A stretch of DNA of 64,000 nucleotides from an uncultured virus (IMG/VR IMGVR_UViG_3300031612_000007) (IMGVR_UViG_3300031612_000007), one strand, 5' to 3'. Positions 1 through 10,544 are shown, counted from the stretch's first letter. The notes: generated from the letters alone by a model not told the origin. Made by a program: numbers and translations.

Positions 1-1421
1 GTAGGCACCGTAATTGTAACCCCCGTAGCGATAGTAACCGGGCCTACACTTAGTGCATTATTACCACTTGGTATTGAATAGGTTGTACCAATTGAGGCAC
101 TTTGAATAACTAACCCATTTGTAGTTACTATCTGTGGGACAGCAAAATCATCTGATAAAGCAGTACTAAGTTGTGCAGAAGTAAAAGAGCCTAGTACCGC
201 TGCATTACCTACGCTAGTTATGTGCCCTGTCATATTAGCATTATTAGTTACTGAGCCCGCACTCCCTGTTGTATCCTGATTAAGGGTAGGAAACGTACAA
301 TTAGTTAGTGTGCCGGAAGCAGGTGTACCTAAAGCAGGGTTTACTAGAGTGGCACCTGTTGCAAATACCGCAGTTCCACTCCCTGTTTCGTCTGTTAGCG
401 CAGCTTTTAATTGGGCAGAGGTAAATGATCCCAATACTGCTGCATTGCCACTACTGGTTATATGTCCAGTTAAATTAGCATTAGTAGTTACATTAGTTGC
501 CAGGGTTGCGGTACCCGCATTTCCTGTGATAGTAGTTTGATCGCCTGTGTTAGTACCAGTAATAGCATTTAACTTTGTCTTATCTGCTGCTGACATTGAC
601 CCAGGAATAGAAGCTGTTGCAGCTGCTATACTTATTGTTGGTGATGTACCACCACTCGTAGCTACAGGAGCTGTTACTGATATAGTAGTTACTCCTGCAT
701 TATCACCAGTATTAGTTCCACTAGCATTACCAAGTATTGCTAAGCCAGCATCAGTCACATATCGCTTATCTGTTGAAGCTGCTACATTAGCAGTAGTGAG
801 GGTTACTGATCCCGTATTACCATTTACAGAAAGTACCACATCAGTAGGAGTTAGTAACTCTGACCAATTAGAGAGGGAAGTAGCTGGAGACACTCTGAGA
901 ACAAATGATTTACTTAAGTCACTTCTTATTGCAATATCTCCTACCTCAGCAGTAAGAGCTAGCTGAGCAGCTTGATTCGCTGCTACAGTAGTATTTGTAA
1001 TAGCAAGAGCTGGGAGTTGAGAAGTAGGTATTTTACTATCAGAACCAAGGCTTGCATAACCAGAAGCAGCGCCCTTATTAGCGACATTCTCTGTAGTATA
1101 AGCAATGGTATCTTGCTTTGATCCAAACGTCGCACCTGTGGCACGCATCTCGCAAGCAGTGTCTACAGCCCAAGTTGCAGCAGAAGTACCTTCCTGTGCA
1201 CGCACAATGGTTACAGTATTACTACTACGCGCTGTTACCTTAAGGATTTCCCAGGTATCTTCTTTACCACTAGCATTCTTACTGAATAATGTGAGTAAGA
1301 AGTAATCCCCACCTGTAGGTGATGGCATTGATGAAGCATCATCTAATACCAAAGATGTAGCCGAAGCATTAATCCCTGTGGCTACTTCGGTTACTATATT
1401 ATTTGCGAAGAGTTGAGTCAT
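1..1421 (-). CDS. Tail fibre / virion structural protein (3' end runs off the window; missing from the ORF track)
   Basis: Manual translation from ATG at 1421: MTQLFANNIVTEVATGINASATSLVL...WEILKVTARSSNTVTIVRAQEGT..., open to position 1. Thr/Ala/Gly/Ser-rich, with an internal duplication (NANxTGHITSxGNAAVLGSFTSAQL twice). Follows co-oriented structural genes. Confidence 0.75.
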   Translation of the reverse strand, partial: MTQLFANNIVTEVATGINASATSLVLDDASSMPSPTGGDYFLLTLFSKNASGKEDTWEILKVTARSSNTVTIVRAQEGTSAATWAVDTACEMRATGATFGSKQDTIAYTTENVANKGAASGYASLGSDSKIPTSQLPALAITNTTVAANQAAQLALTAEVGDIAIRSDLSKSFVLRVSPATSLSNWSELLTPTDVVLSVNGNTGSVTLTTANVAASTDKRYVTDAGLAILGNASGTNTGDNAGVTTISVTAPVATSGGTSPTISIAAATASIPGSMSAADKTKLNAITGTNTGDQTTITGNAGTATLATNVTTNANLTGHITSSGNAAVLGSFTSAQLKAALTDETGSGTAVFATGATLVNPALGTPASGTLTNCTFPTLNQDTTGSAGSVTNNANMTGHITSVGNAAVLGSFTSAQLSTALSDDFAVPQIVTTNGLVIQSASIGTTYSIPSGNNALSVGPVTIATGVTITVP

Positions 1422-1423
1422 AA

Positions 1424-1702
1424 TTAGATCTCTTTAATTTTAAAAAATATCTCATCTTGAAATATACGACCATCAGCAGTAGTAACAGTTGTTGTTACCT
1501 TATACTTAATACCCGTAGTACCACCTTCAGCCCAAAATTTTATTTTCGGGTCATAAGTAGCTATGTTATCTATGGTTAAACCTGCTGGGTCTGCTACTAC
1601 AGTAACAGATTCCACATTATCGCCTGTTGTAAGCGCAGTGGTGTAATCTATAGTATAAGAAAATCTTTCAGCGGGTTGTTTACTTACCGTTCCTAACTTC
1701 AT
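1424..1702 (-). CDS. Small phage tail-fibre adaptor-like protein
   Basis: 92 aa, KQPAERFSYTIDY...GGTTGIKYKVTTTVTTADGR pattern common next to tail fibres; overlaps the upstream gene. Confidence 0.55.
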   Translation of the reverse strand: MKLGTVSKQPAERFSYTIDYTTALTTGDNVESVTVVADPAGLTIDNIATYDPKIKFWAEGGTTGIKYKVTTTVTTADGRIFQDEIFFKIKEI

Positions 1703-2157
1703 GCGACTCTCCTAAAGACAACATCTGCCGGTCTAACAAAATCAACAACATTAGCTTCTCGCGTAAAGTATCTCCATGCTGGATCCAAAACTGTAGGATT
1801 TGCAATAGAGCCGACAGAGAGGCTCATATCACTAAATATGTTAGCAGTTGCAGCATGTAACTTGATACCGATTCCTTGTAATTCAGCACTATTTGCTACG
1901 GTAGCAGTTGGTATTAATATGCGAGTAGCTGTAGCCGCTATTACAGATCCAGGAGAATCTATAAGGACTGTAGCAAAGGTTGTGCGAACACTAGTATCAA
2001 TGATACTTGCTATTGCTGTTGCAGCGGCAACTCCGAGTTGTAGCCGATTACCAGTTCCTACAATAGAGGCATTCCCTGTTAGTGCAGCAAAGCCTAATAC
2101 CACAGGTGTCCCACCACTGGCATTAAAACTTGCACTATTAAAGGCAGAGAAATTCAT
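1699..2157 (-). CDS. Putative virion structural protein
   Basis: 152 aa Ala/Thr-rich, FNSASFN N-terminus, inside the tail operon. Confidence 0.5.
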   Translation of the reverse strand: MNFSAFNSASFNASGGTPVVLGFAALTGNASIVGTGNRLQLGVAAATAIASIIDTSVRTTFATVLIDSPGSVIAATATRILIPTATVANSAELQGIGIKLHAATANIFSDMSLSVGSIANPTVLDPAWRYFTREANVVDFVRPADVVFRRVA

Positions 2158-2160
2158 CTA

Positions 2161-2586
2161 TTAAGCAATCGTAAGTACAATAGCTCCCGTACCAAATGAA
2201 AGTACATCACTTGGCAGCAGTGTTTTAGAACTTACTAGCGGAGAGTGATATAACAAATTACCATTCGTAGCCGCATCGTATATTCCTAGATGTGTAACGA
2301 CTACCGAACCAGATCCGTTATTCCCTGGATATGTAATTGGTTTAGCATTACTAGTAACTCCATTAGTAGGAGCAACCCAACCAGTCGCTATTGCAGCACC
2401 CACTGCAGCATCCTTGCGCACATAAGCAGGAAAAGCTGAGGTTGTTACTTCATTTGAAGTTACATTCGCGTCAGTTGGATCAGCAGTAAAGAGTGCAACG
2501 TAGATACCTGTAGGTACAGGGAAAGCGACCCCACGTAATGTAGTCGCTATAATATTGGCTTCAGTATAATCAGAAAACTTACTCAT
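2161..2586 (-). CDS. Conserved phage tail-associated structural protein
   Basis: YVALFTADP...THLGIYDAATNGNLL pattern typical of a widespread tail-module family; GAGGG RBS upstream. Confidence 0.65.
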   Translation of the reverse strand: MSKFSDYTEANIIATTLRGVAFPVPTGIYVALFTADPTDANVTSNEVTTSAFPAYVRKDAAVGAAIATGWVAPTNGVTSNAKPITYPGNNGSGSVVVTHLGIYDAATNGNLLYHSPLVSSKTLLPSDVLSFGTGAIVLTIA

Positions 2587-2750
2587 GGTGGTCCCTCTAG
2601 ATTGTTAAAAATAAAAACGACAATTGTCGTAAATTACCCAATCAGCTGGAAGTTCCTTAAGAGTAGACATCCATATTGATGGTTCTCATTGTACCAGACT
2701 CAACTGAATAATTAGGTAATTATACAAGTAATTTAGGTAACACTGTTTAT

Positions 2751-3164
2751 TCATACTGGAGTAGCAGGCCAAATGACTTTATTAGGGAACCCAGTTTGAA
2801 CAGTAATATCTCGTAATGTTTGTCGGTAAGTAACCCACTTTTTAGAAGTAGTTACATCCGGGAGCTGTGTCCAATCACTATTAGCTAATAATTTATTTCG
2901 TTTGAACACTATAGCCTTTGCCTGTAGATCAGCTTTTAGTACCCATTTCCTATCTTCCCATATATGTGCACTATCTGGTTGCTCAGGTTTTACGCCTACT
3001 TTACCATTAGCTGTAATAAAATAGCCTGAGAGTGATTCAACAGAAGCATCTACCAAGTGTTTCCCTTTAGGATGGAGAGCTAAATTAGCTTTAATTTCCT
3101 CTTCATTTAACTTCCTAGCTGTACTTACTAAGATATCTCCATTCTTAGGATCATAGATAATCAT
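2751..3164 (-). CDS. Tail fibre assembly chaperone
   Basis: C-terminal RNKLLANSDWTQLPD...W..YRQ.LRDIT...GFP..V.WP signature. Start MIIYDPK at 3164 is coupled (ATGA) to the upstream gene. Confidence 0.75.
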   Translation of the reverse strand: MIIYDPKNGDILVSTARKLNEEEIKANLALHPKGKHLVDASVESLSGYFITANGKVGVKPEQPDSAHIWEDRKWVLKADLQAKAIVFKRNKLLANSDWTQLPDVTTSKKWVTYRQTLRDITVQTGFPNKVIWPATPV

Positions 3165-4684
3165 TTTTTCACCGTTAGAATAAGGGTTTTCCAATCCGAC
3201 ATAGTATGTGTATTTTGGATTGCAGTAGAAGTATAGGAAATAGTTATAGCACTACTCCCTGGGGAAGGTAAGTAATGCATAAAAGGAAACGCAAGGGACA
3301 TGAGAGTATCGCCACCACTTGTTACTGCACGAAACCTTTGTGTGACAACTGTAGTTCCATCTATATTAAGCATTACATTTGCATCTGGATCAGGAGATCC
3401 AGTAAATTGCATAGTTGATATGAGTATAGCAGGGTGTCCACCAAAATTATGACTAAAAGAATTACCAAGATACACTGTAGGTACCGTTACTGCATTATTT
3501 GCAATTTGTAGTGTATCTACAGCTAAGCTACCAATCTTACCTGCAGTAACTGCAAGAGCCCCAATCTTCGCAGAGGTAACTGCAAGATCATCAATTTTAG
3601 CTATAGTAACTGCAAGGTCATCAATACTGGCTGTCTCTACTTTAAGGTATGCAGCCTGAACTTTCTCATTTGCTACAATAAGACTACCGGATGTATTTTT
3701 TAATTTGGTAAAAGTTAATTCATTAATTACTGCTTGATCAATAAAAGTTTCAGAACCTACAACTATAAAGGGCTTACGCTTATTAGCAGCAGTAGTACCT
3801 ATCCAGAATTTAGATACATCGAAGCCTGCTTCTACACTAGCACCAGTATTATAGATACCAAAGCCACCAACTAAACCATTAGCAGTAACAGTGGTTGAGT
3901 ATAAAGCTCCTATAGCTCCAGTAGTAGTAATGTTAGCTGTTAAGCTAGTTTGCACTGTAGCAATACTACTATTAAGAGTAGCTTGCGCTGTGACAACACT
4001 AGCAGCTATCACTGTATCTGCAGTGGCACGCACATTAAGTTCAGTAGCAATTGCCGCAGTATTAAGGTTAGCACTAACACCAACAAGATCAATAGAGGTA
4101 ACTAAGGCAGCATCTGCAGTAATCCTAGCAGTATCCTGTGTTTGTACAAAAGTGTTAAGTGTATTGGTTGCTGATTGAACTGAAGTTAAAAACGTATTAA
4201 TAGCAGCGCTATCCGCAGTTCTAGCTGTTGTCTCTGTACTAAGCGCTGTACTTAATGTAGCTATACTACTAACTTGTCCACTTAAGACACTACCAAGAAA
4301 TCCTGATTCAATTTCCCCTGTTAAAGCAGTAGTAACATCAGTAAGAAGTGGTCGAGCAATTGCAGATGCTGGACCAATGGCAGCACCCACAGTACCGTTA
4401 ACTGAAATGATATAAATCCAGTAGTAATATGTAGATGGAAAATCAGTCTTATCGTAGTATCTATTCCCACCTACCACTGCAATTTGCGGTGCTACAGCAA
4501 GCACATTTGTGGTAGCCCTGTAGAGCAATATGTGAGAAACTGCATGAGGGTAAGTTGTAGGATATGTCCAGGAAACTTCAATGCCTCCGAAAGCTGGAGA
4601 CGCAGTAAGAATCACATTGTTATCTGGATCTCCGGGTACAGGCCCTGACCATTCGCCGGTACCACAGCTGCCGTGTGAAGACAT
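3161..4684 (-). CDS. Tail tip / fibre protein (gpJ C-terminal DUF1983-like region)
   Basis: FN3-like N-terminus, coiled-coil middle (ETTARTADSAAI), YSTTVTANGLVGGFGIYN motif, 10-aa AVTxAKI repeats. Confidence 0.7.
   Translation of the reverse strand: MSSHGSCGTGEWSGPVPGDPDNNVILTASPAFGGIEVSWTYPTTYPHAVSHILLYRATTNVLAVAPQIAVVGGNRYYDKTDFPSTYYYWIYIISVNGTVGAAIGPASAIARPLLTDVTTALTGEIESGFLGSVLSGQVSSIATLSTALSTETTARTADSAAINTFLTSVQSATNTLNTFVQTQDTARITADAALVTSIDLVGVSANLNTAAIATELNVRATADTVIAASVVTAQATLNSSIATVQTSLTANITTTGAIGALYSTTVTANGLVGGFGIYNTGASVEAGFDVSKFWIGTTAANKRKPFIVVGSETFIDQAVINELTFTKLKNTSGSLIVANEKVQAAYLKVETASIDDLAVTIAKIDDLAVTSAKIGALAVTAGKIGSLAVDTLQIANNAVTVPTVYLGNSFSHNFGGHPAILISTMQFTGSPDPDANVMLNIDGTTVVTQRFRAVTSGGDTLMSLAFPFMHYLPSPGSSAITISYTSTAIQNTHTMSDWKTLILTVKK
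3500..3630 (-). repeat. 30-bp / 10-aa tandem repeat in tail protein
   Basis: IDDLAVTIAK IDDLAVTSAK IGALAVTAGK IGSLAVDTLQ; GTAACTGCAAG recurs every 30 bp on the + strand. Confidence 0.8.
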
Positions 4685-4762
4685 TAAAGAACCCCCTAGA
4701 TTAAAAAGTTATTACTATATTTTACATGCCATTAACAAGCAGTATACCCTTTTTCTCTTCAT

Positions 4763-4779
4763 AGCGCTTTCCAAGCGCT
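4763..4779 (+). promoter_or_regulatory. Perfect hairpin upstream of thyX, candidate phage promoter element
   Basis: AGCGCTT-TCC-AAGCGCT; the template-strand loop reads GGA, as in N4 hairpin promoters; lies in the divergent intergenic region. Confidence 0.35.
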
Positions 4780-4804
4780 GTTCCAAACTTTTATAGGAAA
4801 CATT

Positions 4805-5497
4805 ATGCCTAAAAATATTATTGATAGTCACATTAATGTACTAGACCATGGTTTAGTTCGTCTTGTAGATTCAATGGGCTCTGATCTAAGTGTAGTCAGG
4901 TCTGCTCGAGTCTCTTACGATGCTGAATGGCGTAGTGGAGAAGACTCTGACAAGGATGCTAAGCTATTAAACTATCTAATTAAAAATAAGCATACTAGCC
5001 CATTTGAAGCCTGCACCTTTACCTTTGAAGTAAAGGCACCTATCTTTGTGCTTCGCCAATGGCATCGTCATCGTACATGGAGCTTCAATGAAATTTCAGC
5101 TCGTTATGCTGAACTTCCAGAGGAATACTATATTCCAGCTAAAGAGGACATTACAACTCAATCATCTTCTAATAAGCAAATGAGAACTAAGGATGTAAAT
5201 CCAAACGCAATATTCCACCAAGAATCAATAAGGAATGCTAATAAAGCCTCTTTTGTAGCCTATAAGAAAATGTTAGCTAATGATGTGCCTCGTGAGCTAG
5301 CTCGTTCTGTACTACCTCTAGGTACTTACAGCCACATGTTTGCTACTGTTGATCTACATAACCTAATGCATTTCCTTAACCTTAGACTACATGAGCATTC
5401 ACAATATGAGATACGAGTCTACGCTGAGGCCATGCTACAACTAATTGAACCTATTGTACCAATATGTACAGCAGCGTTTAAGAAGCACATTCTTTAG
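4805..5497 (+). CDS. thyX: FAD-dependent thymidylate synthase
   Basis: ThyX motif RHRTWSFNEISARY, plus HTSPFE, RELARSVLP and HSQYEIR. Confidence 0.97.
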   Translation: MPKNIIDSHINVLDHGLVRLVDSMGSDLSVVRSARVSYDAEWRSGEDSDKDAKLLNYLIKNKHTSPFEACTFTFEVKAPIFVLRQWHRHRTWSFNEISARYAELPEEYYIPAKEDITTQSSSNKQMRTKDVNPNAIFHQESIRNANKASFVAYKKMLANDVPRELARSVLPLGTYSHMFATVDLHNLMHFLNLRLHEHSQYEIRVYAEAMLQLIEPIVPICTAAFKKHIL

Positions 5498-5505
5498 GAT
5501 ATATT

Positions 5506-6504
5506 ATGCCCTCTAAATACTCTAACGTATCAGATGTACCTTTAGCTTTAGCTGTATTCCTCGCATCAGATACTTATGATCACAACAGCGATCCAAACAC
5601 CATTAGTGCTACCACGCTATTAAAACCACTGCGCCAGATCATCCTACCGCTTCGTATACCGCCCGGAGAGGGCCTAGTTAATCTTTCTGATATGATGGCT
5701 AGCCGTATGGGTACAGCGATCCATGACGGCATCGAGAAAGCTTGGATGACTAATTACCCAGCAGCAATGGAAGCGATGGGGCTACCTAAGAAAGTCATCG
5801 AGCGTATCGTTATTAATCCTACCGAGAGACCAGACCAACTAAGTCCTGATGTAATTCCTATCTATCTGGAGCAGCGTCTAACACGCAAGTTGGGTACATG
5901 GACTATTACTGGACAATTCGATTTTATTAGCGAAGGTAAAGTACAGGATTTCAAATCAACTGGTGTCTGGACTTACAAGAAACAAGCTAATACCTCTAAG
6001 TATATTGAGCAAGGTAGTATTTATCGTTGGCTTGATCCAGAACTTATTACCGCAAACGATATGGACATTCACTATATCTTTACTGATTGGAAAGCAATGA
6101 TGGCTAAGAATGATCCTACCTACCCACCAAAGAGGTTTCACACACAGAGCTTACAGCTTATGCCATTAGAAGAAACTAATAATTTTATTAGAAATAAGCT
6201 AGAGCTAATTAAGAAGTACTTAACTGCTGCAGAGACAGATATCCCACTTTGTAATGATATTGAGCTATGGCGTAGTACTCCACAGTTTAAATATTATAAA
6301 AATGGAAACATCAATTCTAGCCGTAGCACAAAGAATTTCACCACAAATAGCGATGCCGTACTTCATATGGCTACTAAGGGTGGAAATGTAGGCGCAATTA
6401 AAGAAGTCCCGGGGACAGTCACTGCTTGTAAGTACTGTCCAGCATTCGCAATATGTACCCAGAAAGATGCACTCATTGAGAGTGGCGATCTTCTCATGGG
6501 TTAA
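5506..6504 (+). CDS. PD-(D/E)XK / Cas4-like nuclease (N4 gp42-like)
   Basis: GTAIHD, ITGQFDF...VQDFKST, C-terminal CKYCPAFAIC; immediately upstream of primase as in N4-like phages. Confidence 0.8.
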   Translation: MPSKYSNVSDVPLALAVFLASDTYDHNSDPNTISATTLLKPLRQIILPLRIPPGEGLVNLSDMMASRMGTAIHDGIEKAWMTNYPAAMEAMGLPKKVIERIVINPTERPDQLSPDVIPIYLEQRLTRKLGTWTITGQFDFISEGKVQDFKSTGVWTYKKQANTSKYIEQGSIYRWLDPELITANDMDIHYIFTDWKAMMAKNDPTYPPKRFHTQSLQLMPLEETNNFIRNKLELIKKYLTAAETDIPLCNDIELWRSTPQFKYYKNGNINSSRSTKNFTTNSDAVLHMATKGGNVGAIKEVPGTVTACKYCPAFAICTQKDALIESGDLLMG

Positions 6505-6524
6505 GCCAACAATAAGGAGTAACT

Positions 6525-8666
6525 ATGCTGCAGATAGATCAGATGGAGTATCACAAGACAGCTGAAGACGTAGTGGGGATCTTACGAGACCACACACAAA
6601 GAGATGATTCATTATTCTTTCGTCTACTAGTAGGCTATTATTTTAGTCTAGCTGCATCTCAGATGCGCTGTACGATTGATTCCCCTGACCGTGGAGAGAT
6701 CCCTATTAATATGTACGTACTTAACTTAGCCCCAAGTGGTTATGGTAAGACAATGGGTACGAATATGATGGAAGAGCAGGTACTTAACCAGTTCCGTCAT
6801 CGTTTCTTAGATGAAACATTTCCTATATTAGCAGAGGACAACCTACCCAAATTAGCACTTAAACGGGCTAACCGTAAGAGTACCGATCCAGATGAGGAGA
6901 TGCTACGAGTCGAAAAAGAATTTGAGCGTCTAGGCACTCCAGCGTTTTCTTTTGATTCAGGCACAGCACCAGCTGTTAAACAGATGCGCCATATGCTTCT
7001 AATGGCTAATGCTGGATCTATGAATCTTATTATGGATGAAGTTGGGGCCAACTTAGCTGCTAACACAGAGGTATTTGATACATTCATTGAGTTATTTGAC
7101 AAAGGGACAATCAAGCAGAAGTTAATTAAGAATACCTCTGACAATATTCGCAATGAAGAAATCATTGGTAACACGCCTGCTAACTTATTAATGTTCGGAG
7201 TACCAAATAGATTATTCGACGGCGCTAAAACTGAAGAAGCTTTAATGACAATGCTTAACCAAGGTTACGCTAGACGTTGTTTCTTTGGATATATACGTAA
7301 TTCAAGCAGGAAAGCTAACCGTACTGCAGAACAAATGTATATAGATCGTACAAACAATAACAACCAAGCACTACTGGATGCATTAGAAGATCGGTTAGAT
7401 AACCTAGCTGACATAATTAACGCTAATAAGAAGCTTACAATGAGTAAGGCTACCTGTATTACGCTTAATGAATATCAGTTGTACTGTGAGAAGCGTGCTG
7501 ACAAACTACCGGACCACCTAGAAGTACAGAAGAGGGAGATGTCAGAGCGTAACTTTAAAGTATTAAAGCTTGCTGGAGCATATGCATTCATTGATGACTC
7601 TCCAGAAGTAACTGAAACTCACATCTACAATGCTATTAAGCTAGCCGAAGACTCAGGTGAGGCGTTTACGTTACTCCTAACTAGAGATAAGCCTTGGGTA
7701 AAGCTAGCTAAGTACATTGCTTCAGTTGGTAATGATGTTACACAGGCAGACTTAGCTGAAGACTTACCTTTCTATAAGGGTGGTGCAAGCTATAAAAGTG
7801 AACTTATGACCCTAGCTACTGCTTACGGGTATAAAAACAATATCATTATCAAGAAATCATTCTCAGAAGGTATAGAATTTTTACGTGGTGAAACACTAAA
7901 GGAGACTAACCTATCCAAAATGGTAATTGCGTACAGCCAAGATATGACCACAGACTACCTGAACGAACATGTACCTTTTGATAAATTACATCAAGTAGCT
8001 CAAGCATCAGGGATGCATTGGACAGCTCACCATTTAAACAATGGGTATCGTAATGAGGAAAATGTGATACCTGGCTTTAACTTAGTAGTGCTTGATATAG
8101 ATCATGGAGTCAATATTGAGACAGCAAAGTTATTACTAGAAAAGTATAAATACCTACTGTATACGACAAAACGCCATACAAAACAGGAGCATCGCTTCCG
8201 TATTGTATTGCCTCTGAATTATGAACTGACCCTTGATGGTAAAGACTTTAAAGAGTTTATGCACAATATATATGAGTGGCTACCTTTTGAAGTAGATACT
8301 GCTACTAATCAACGGGCACGTAAGTGGTTAGCACACCCTAAACAGTATGAATACAATGATGGAGAACTCCTCGATGTCTTATCCTTCATACCGAAAACCA
8401 GTAAAAATGAGGAACGTAAGATCTTATTAAATTCGCAACACTCTATGGATAACTTAGAGCGCTGGGTAATTAATAATATTGGTGATGGCAATCGCAATAA
8501 CCTTCTCCTGAGATATGCACTATTACTACTTGATAGTGGTTTTGATTTTGAAGGTATACGTCAGCGTGTTTTAGCTCTTAATGACAAGATCCCTGATAAA
8601 TTGGAAGAAGCTGAAGTAATGAGCACTATTCTAATTACAGTTGCTAAGAATATTGCTAAGAAATAA
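6525..8666 (+). CDS. DNA primase (N4 gp43-like) with P-loop region and PriCT-type C-terminus
   Basis: 713 aa; APSGYGKT P-loop, LVVLDID, YTTKRH...RFRIVLP and GNRNNLL motifs; synteny. Confidence 0.85.
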   Translation: MLQIDQMEYHKTAEDVVGILRDHTQRDDSLFFRLLVGYYFSLAASQMRCTIDSPDRGEIPINMYVLNLAPSGYGKTMGTNMMEEQVLNQFRHRFLDETFPILAEDNLPKLALKRANRKSTDPDEEMLRVEKEFERLGTPAFSFDSGTAPAVKQMRHMLLMANAGSMNLIMDEVGANLAANTEVFDTFIELFDKGTIKQKLIKNTSDNIRNEEIIGNTPANLLMFGVPNRLFDGAKTEEALMTMLNQGYARRCFFGYIRNSSRKANRTAEQMYIDRTNNNNQALLDALEDRLDNLADIINANKKLTMSKATCITLNEYQLYCEKRADKLPDHLEVQKREMSERNFKVLKLAGAYAFIDDSPEVTETHIYNAIKLAEDSGEAFTLLLTRDKPWVKLAKYIASVGNDVTQADLAEDLPFYKGGASYKSELMTLATAYGYKNNIIIKKSFSEGIEFLRGETLKETNLSKMVIAYSQDMTTDYLNEHVPFDKLHQVAQASGMHWTAHHLNNGYRNEENVIPGFNLVVLDIDHGVNIETAKLLLEKYKYLLYTTKRHTKQEHRFRIVLPLNYELTLDGKDFKEFMHNIYEWLPFEVDTATNQRARKWLAHPKQYEYNDGELLDVLSFIPKTSKNEERKILLNSQHSMDNLERWVINNIGDGNRNNLLLRYALLLLDSGFDFEGIRQRVLALNDKIPDKLEEAEVMSTILITVAKNIAKK

Positions 8667-8688
8667 GCGTGCCTCCGCACGTTTTTAT
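8665..8688 (+). terminator. Hairpin plus T-tract after primase
   Basis: CGTGC-CTCC-GCACG followed by TTTTTAT. Confidence 0.45.
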
Positions 8689-8711
8689 AAATTTAATATA
8701 TAAGGAAACCT

Positions 8712-9437
8712 ATGAGTACTGTTAATGATCATCTAGTCTTAATAGTGGGTAAGAGCGCTGCAGGTAAATCTGCATCCCTCATGAATATGCCTAACCCTGC
8801 AGGAGTATTTTATGCAAACTGTGAAGCAGGTAAACGATTACCTTTTAAAGCTGGCTTTGAGCAACATACAATTACAGACCCGCTTCAGATGTATGAGGTA
8901 TTTAACCGTGCAGAGACTAAGCCAAAGACCCATACGATTGTAATAGATAGTCTTACATACCTTCTTGATATGTATGAGACGAATTACATTGTAGATTCTG
9001 CTAATGGAATGAAAGCTTGGGGAGATTTCGCTCAGTACTTTAAGAGACTAATGCAGCAGTATGTTGCTGTATCAACTAAGCGTGTAATCTTCACTGCACA
9101 TACCTTAGATACTCTTAATGAAGGTGAGATGTTAATGGAGACTAAGGTCCCTGTTAAGGGTTCTCTGAAGAATAATGGAATTGAATCTTGGTTCAGTGTA
9201 GTTATTGCAGCTAAGAAAGTTAATCTAAAGCAGTTAAAAGATTATGCATCACCATTACTAACCATTACACCGGAAGAAGAAGCCCTAGGCTTTAAGTATG
9301 TCTTCCAAACAAAGATTACTAAAGAGACAGTAAACGAGAGGATACGTAGTCCACTTGGCTTATTTGATACTAAAGAAACATTCATTGATAACAATATTCA
9401 ATTAGTGTTAGATCGACTTGAGGAATATTACAAGTAA
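8712..9437 (+). CDS. AAA-family ATPase (N4 gp44 / Sak4-like)
   Basis: Walker A GKSAAGKS, Walker B IVIDSLT; lies between primase and SSB. Confidence 0.85.
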   Translation: MSTVNDHLVLIVGKSAAGKSASLMNMPNPAGVFYANCEAGKRLPFKAGFEQHTITDPLQMYEVFNRAETKPKTHTIVIDSLTYLLDMYETNYIVDSANGMKAWGDFAQYFKRLMQQYVAVSTKRVIFTAHTLDTLNEGEMLMETKVPVKGSLKNNGIESWFSVVIAAKKVNLKQLKDYASPLLTITPEEEALGFKYVFQTKITKETVNERIRSPLGLFDTKETFIDNNIQLVLDRLEEYYK

Positions 9438-9486
9438 TTACCGCAGTAGATTCACTTTTTTAAATTTTATAGGAAACAAAATTATT

Positions 9487-10233
9487 ATGTCATTATTTAA
9501 AAATCAAACCACATCACCTGATATTGCTGATGAAAATGATGTTATCAGTACATATGCTCCACTAGAGTCTGGTGCTTATAGCGCTACCATTACTCTTGCT
9601 TATGGCATGACCACTGCATCAGGTGCTACAGGTCTAGTCTTACAGGCTAGTACTCCTAATGGTCAAGAGTTTAAACAAACTCTTTATACAGCTTCTGGAA
9701 ATGCAAAAGGTAATAAAAATTATTACCAGAGCAAGTCTGGTGAGAAAGTCTATCTACCTGACTTCTTGAAAGCACAGTCACTATCACTACTAGCTTGTGG
9801 CAAACAGTTACATGAACTAGAACCTGAAACTAAAGTAGTAAATGTATACAACAATACTGCTAAGGCTGATGTACCAACTAAAGTAGAGATGCTTGTTGAA
9901 CTATTAGGCAAGGATGTTAAGCTTGGTCTAGTTAAACAAAAACTTAATAAACATGTTAAGAATAGTGCTGGCACTTACGTAAACGATCCATCAGGTGCTT
10001 TCTACGAAAAGACTGAGATTAATAAAGTATTTCGTGCCTCAGATAACATGACTGTTACAGAAGTACGGGCTAAAGCAGAGAATGCTACTACCATCGACAA
10101 TTGGGAAAAGAAATGGGCCGGTAAGACCCAAGATAAATTTGTTCCAGTAGATGGTACCTCAGGTACTCCTACAGCAGCTGTAACTCCTATAGCTAGTAGA
10201 AAACCTACGGCTAGCCTATTCACAGACGAATAA
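9487..10233 (+). CDS. Single-stranded DNA-binding protein (N4 gp45-like)
   Basis: ATG at 9487 downstream of AGGA; LESGAY..TI..AY...ASGA, GNKNYY, ends ...SLF as in N4-type SSBs; synteny. Confidence 0.8.
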   Translation: MSLFKNQTTSPDIADENDVISTYAPLESGAYSATITLAYGMTTASGATGLVLQASTPNGQEFKQTLYTASGNAKGNKNYYQSKSGEKVYLPDFLKAQSLSLLACGKQLHELEPETKVVNVYNNTAKADVPTKVEMLVELLGKDVKLGLVKQKLNKHVKNSAGTYVNDPSGAFYEKTEINKVFRASDNMTVTEVRAKAENATTIDNWEKKWAGKTQDKFVPVDGTSGTPTAAVTPIASRKPTASLFTDE

Positions 10234-10244
10234 GGATAACACTG

Positions 10245-10544
10245 ATGAGCGAAGAAGAAAAAGTAGAGGCACCTAATGAGATTGTCCAGATAGATGATAT
10301 ACATCAAATGGTAGTTATCTTAACTAAGTGGCATGAGAAGAAAGTAGCAACTCTAGAGCATATGAGAGAAATTCCTGAAGGTACTGTCATGGTAGTTGAT
10401 GACGATACTAAGATTACTATGAAAGGTAAATTTCTTGATGGCTTTAAGGCAGGTATCCAACTAAGTTTAATCGAGTTAGGTACTTTACCCTTTGCTGTTG
10501 AAAACTCAGCTACTGAGGCTACTGATGCCCCTACTAAAGAATAA
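10245..10544 (+). CDS. Hypothetical protein
   Basis: 99 aa, AAGGA RBS, in operon. Confidence 0.6.
   Translation: MSEEEKVEAPNEIVQIDDIHQMVVILTKWHEKKVATLEHMREIPEGTVMVVDDDTKITMKGKFLDGFKAGIQLSLIELGTLPFAVENSATEATDAPTKE

Noticed and set aside
310..1305. Plus-strand ORFs 310-540, 547-966 and 1105-1305
   Set aside because: Shadows of the minus-strand fibre gene starting at 1421.
5506..6504. Cas4-like nuclease as evidence of CRISPR-Cas
   Set aside because: It is the conserved N4-type gene before primase; no array or other cas genes were seen.
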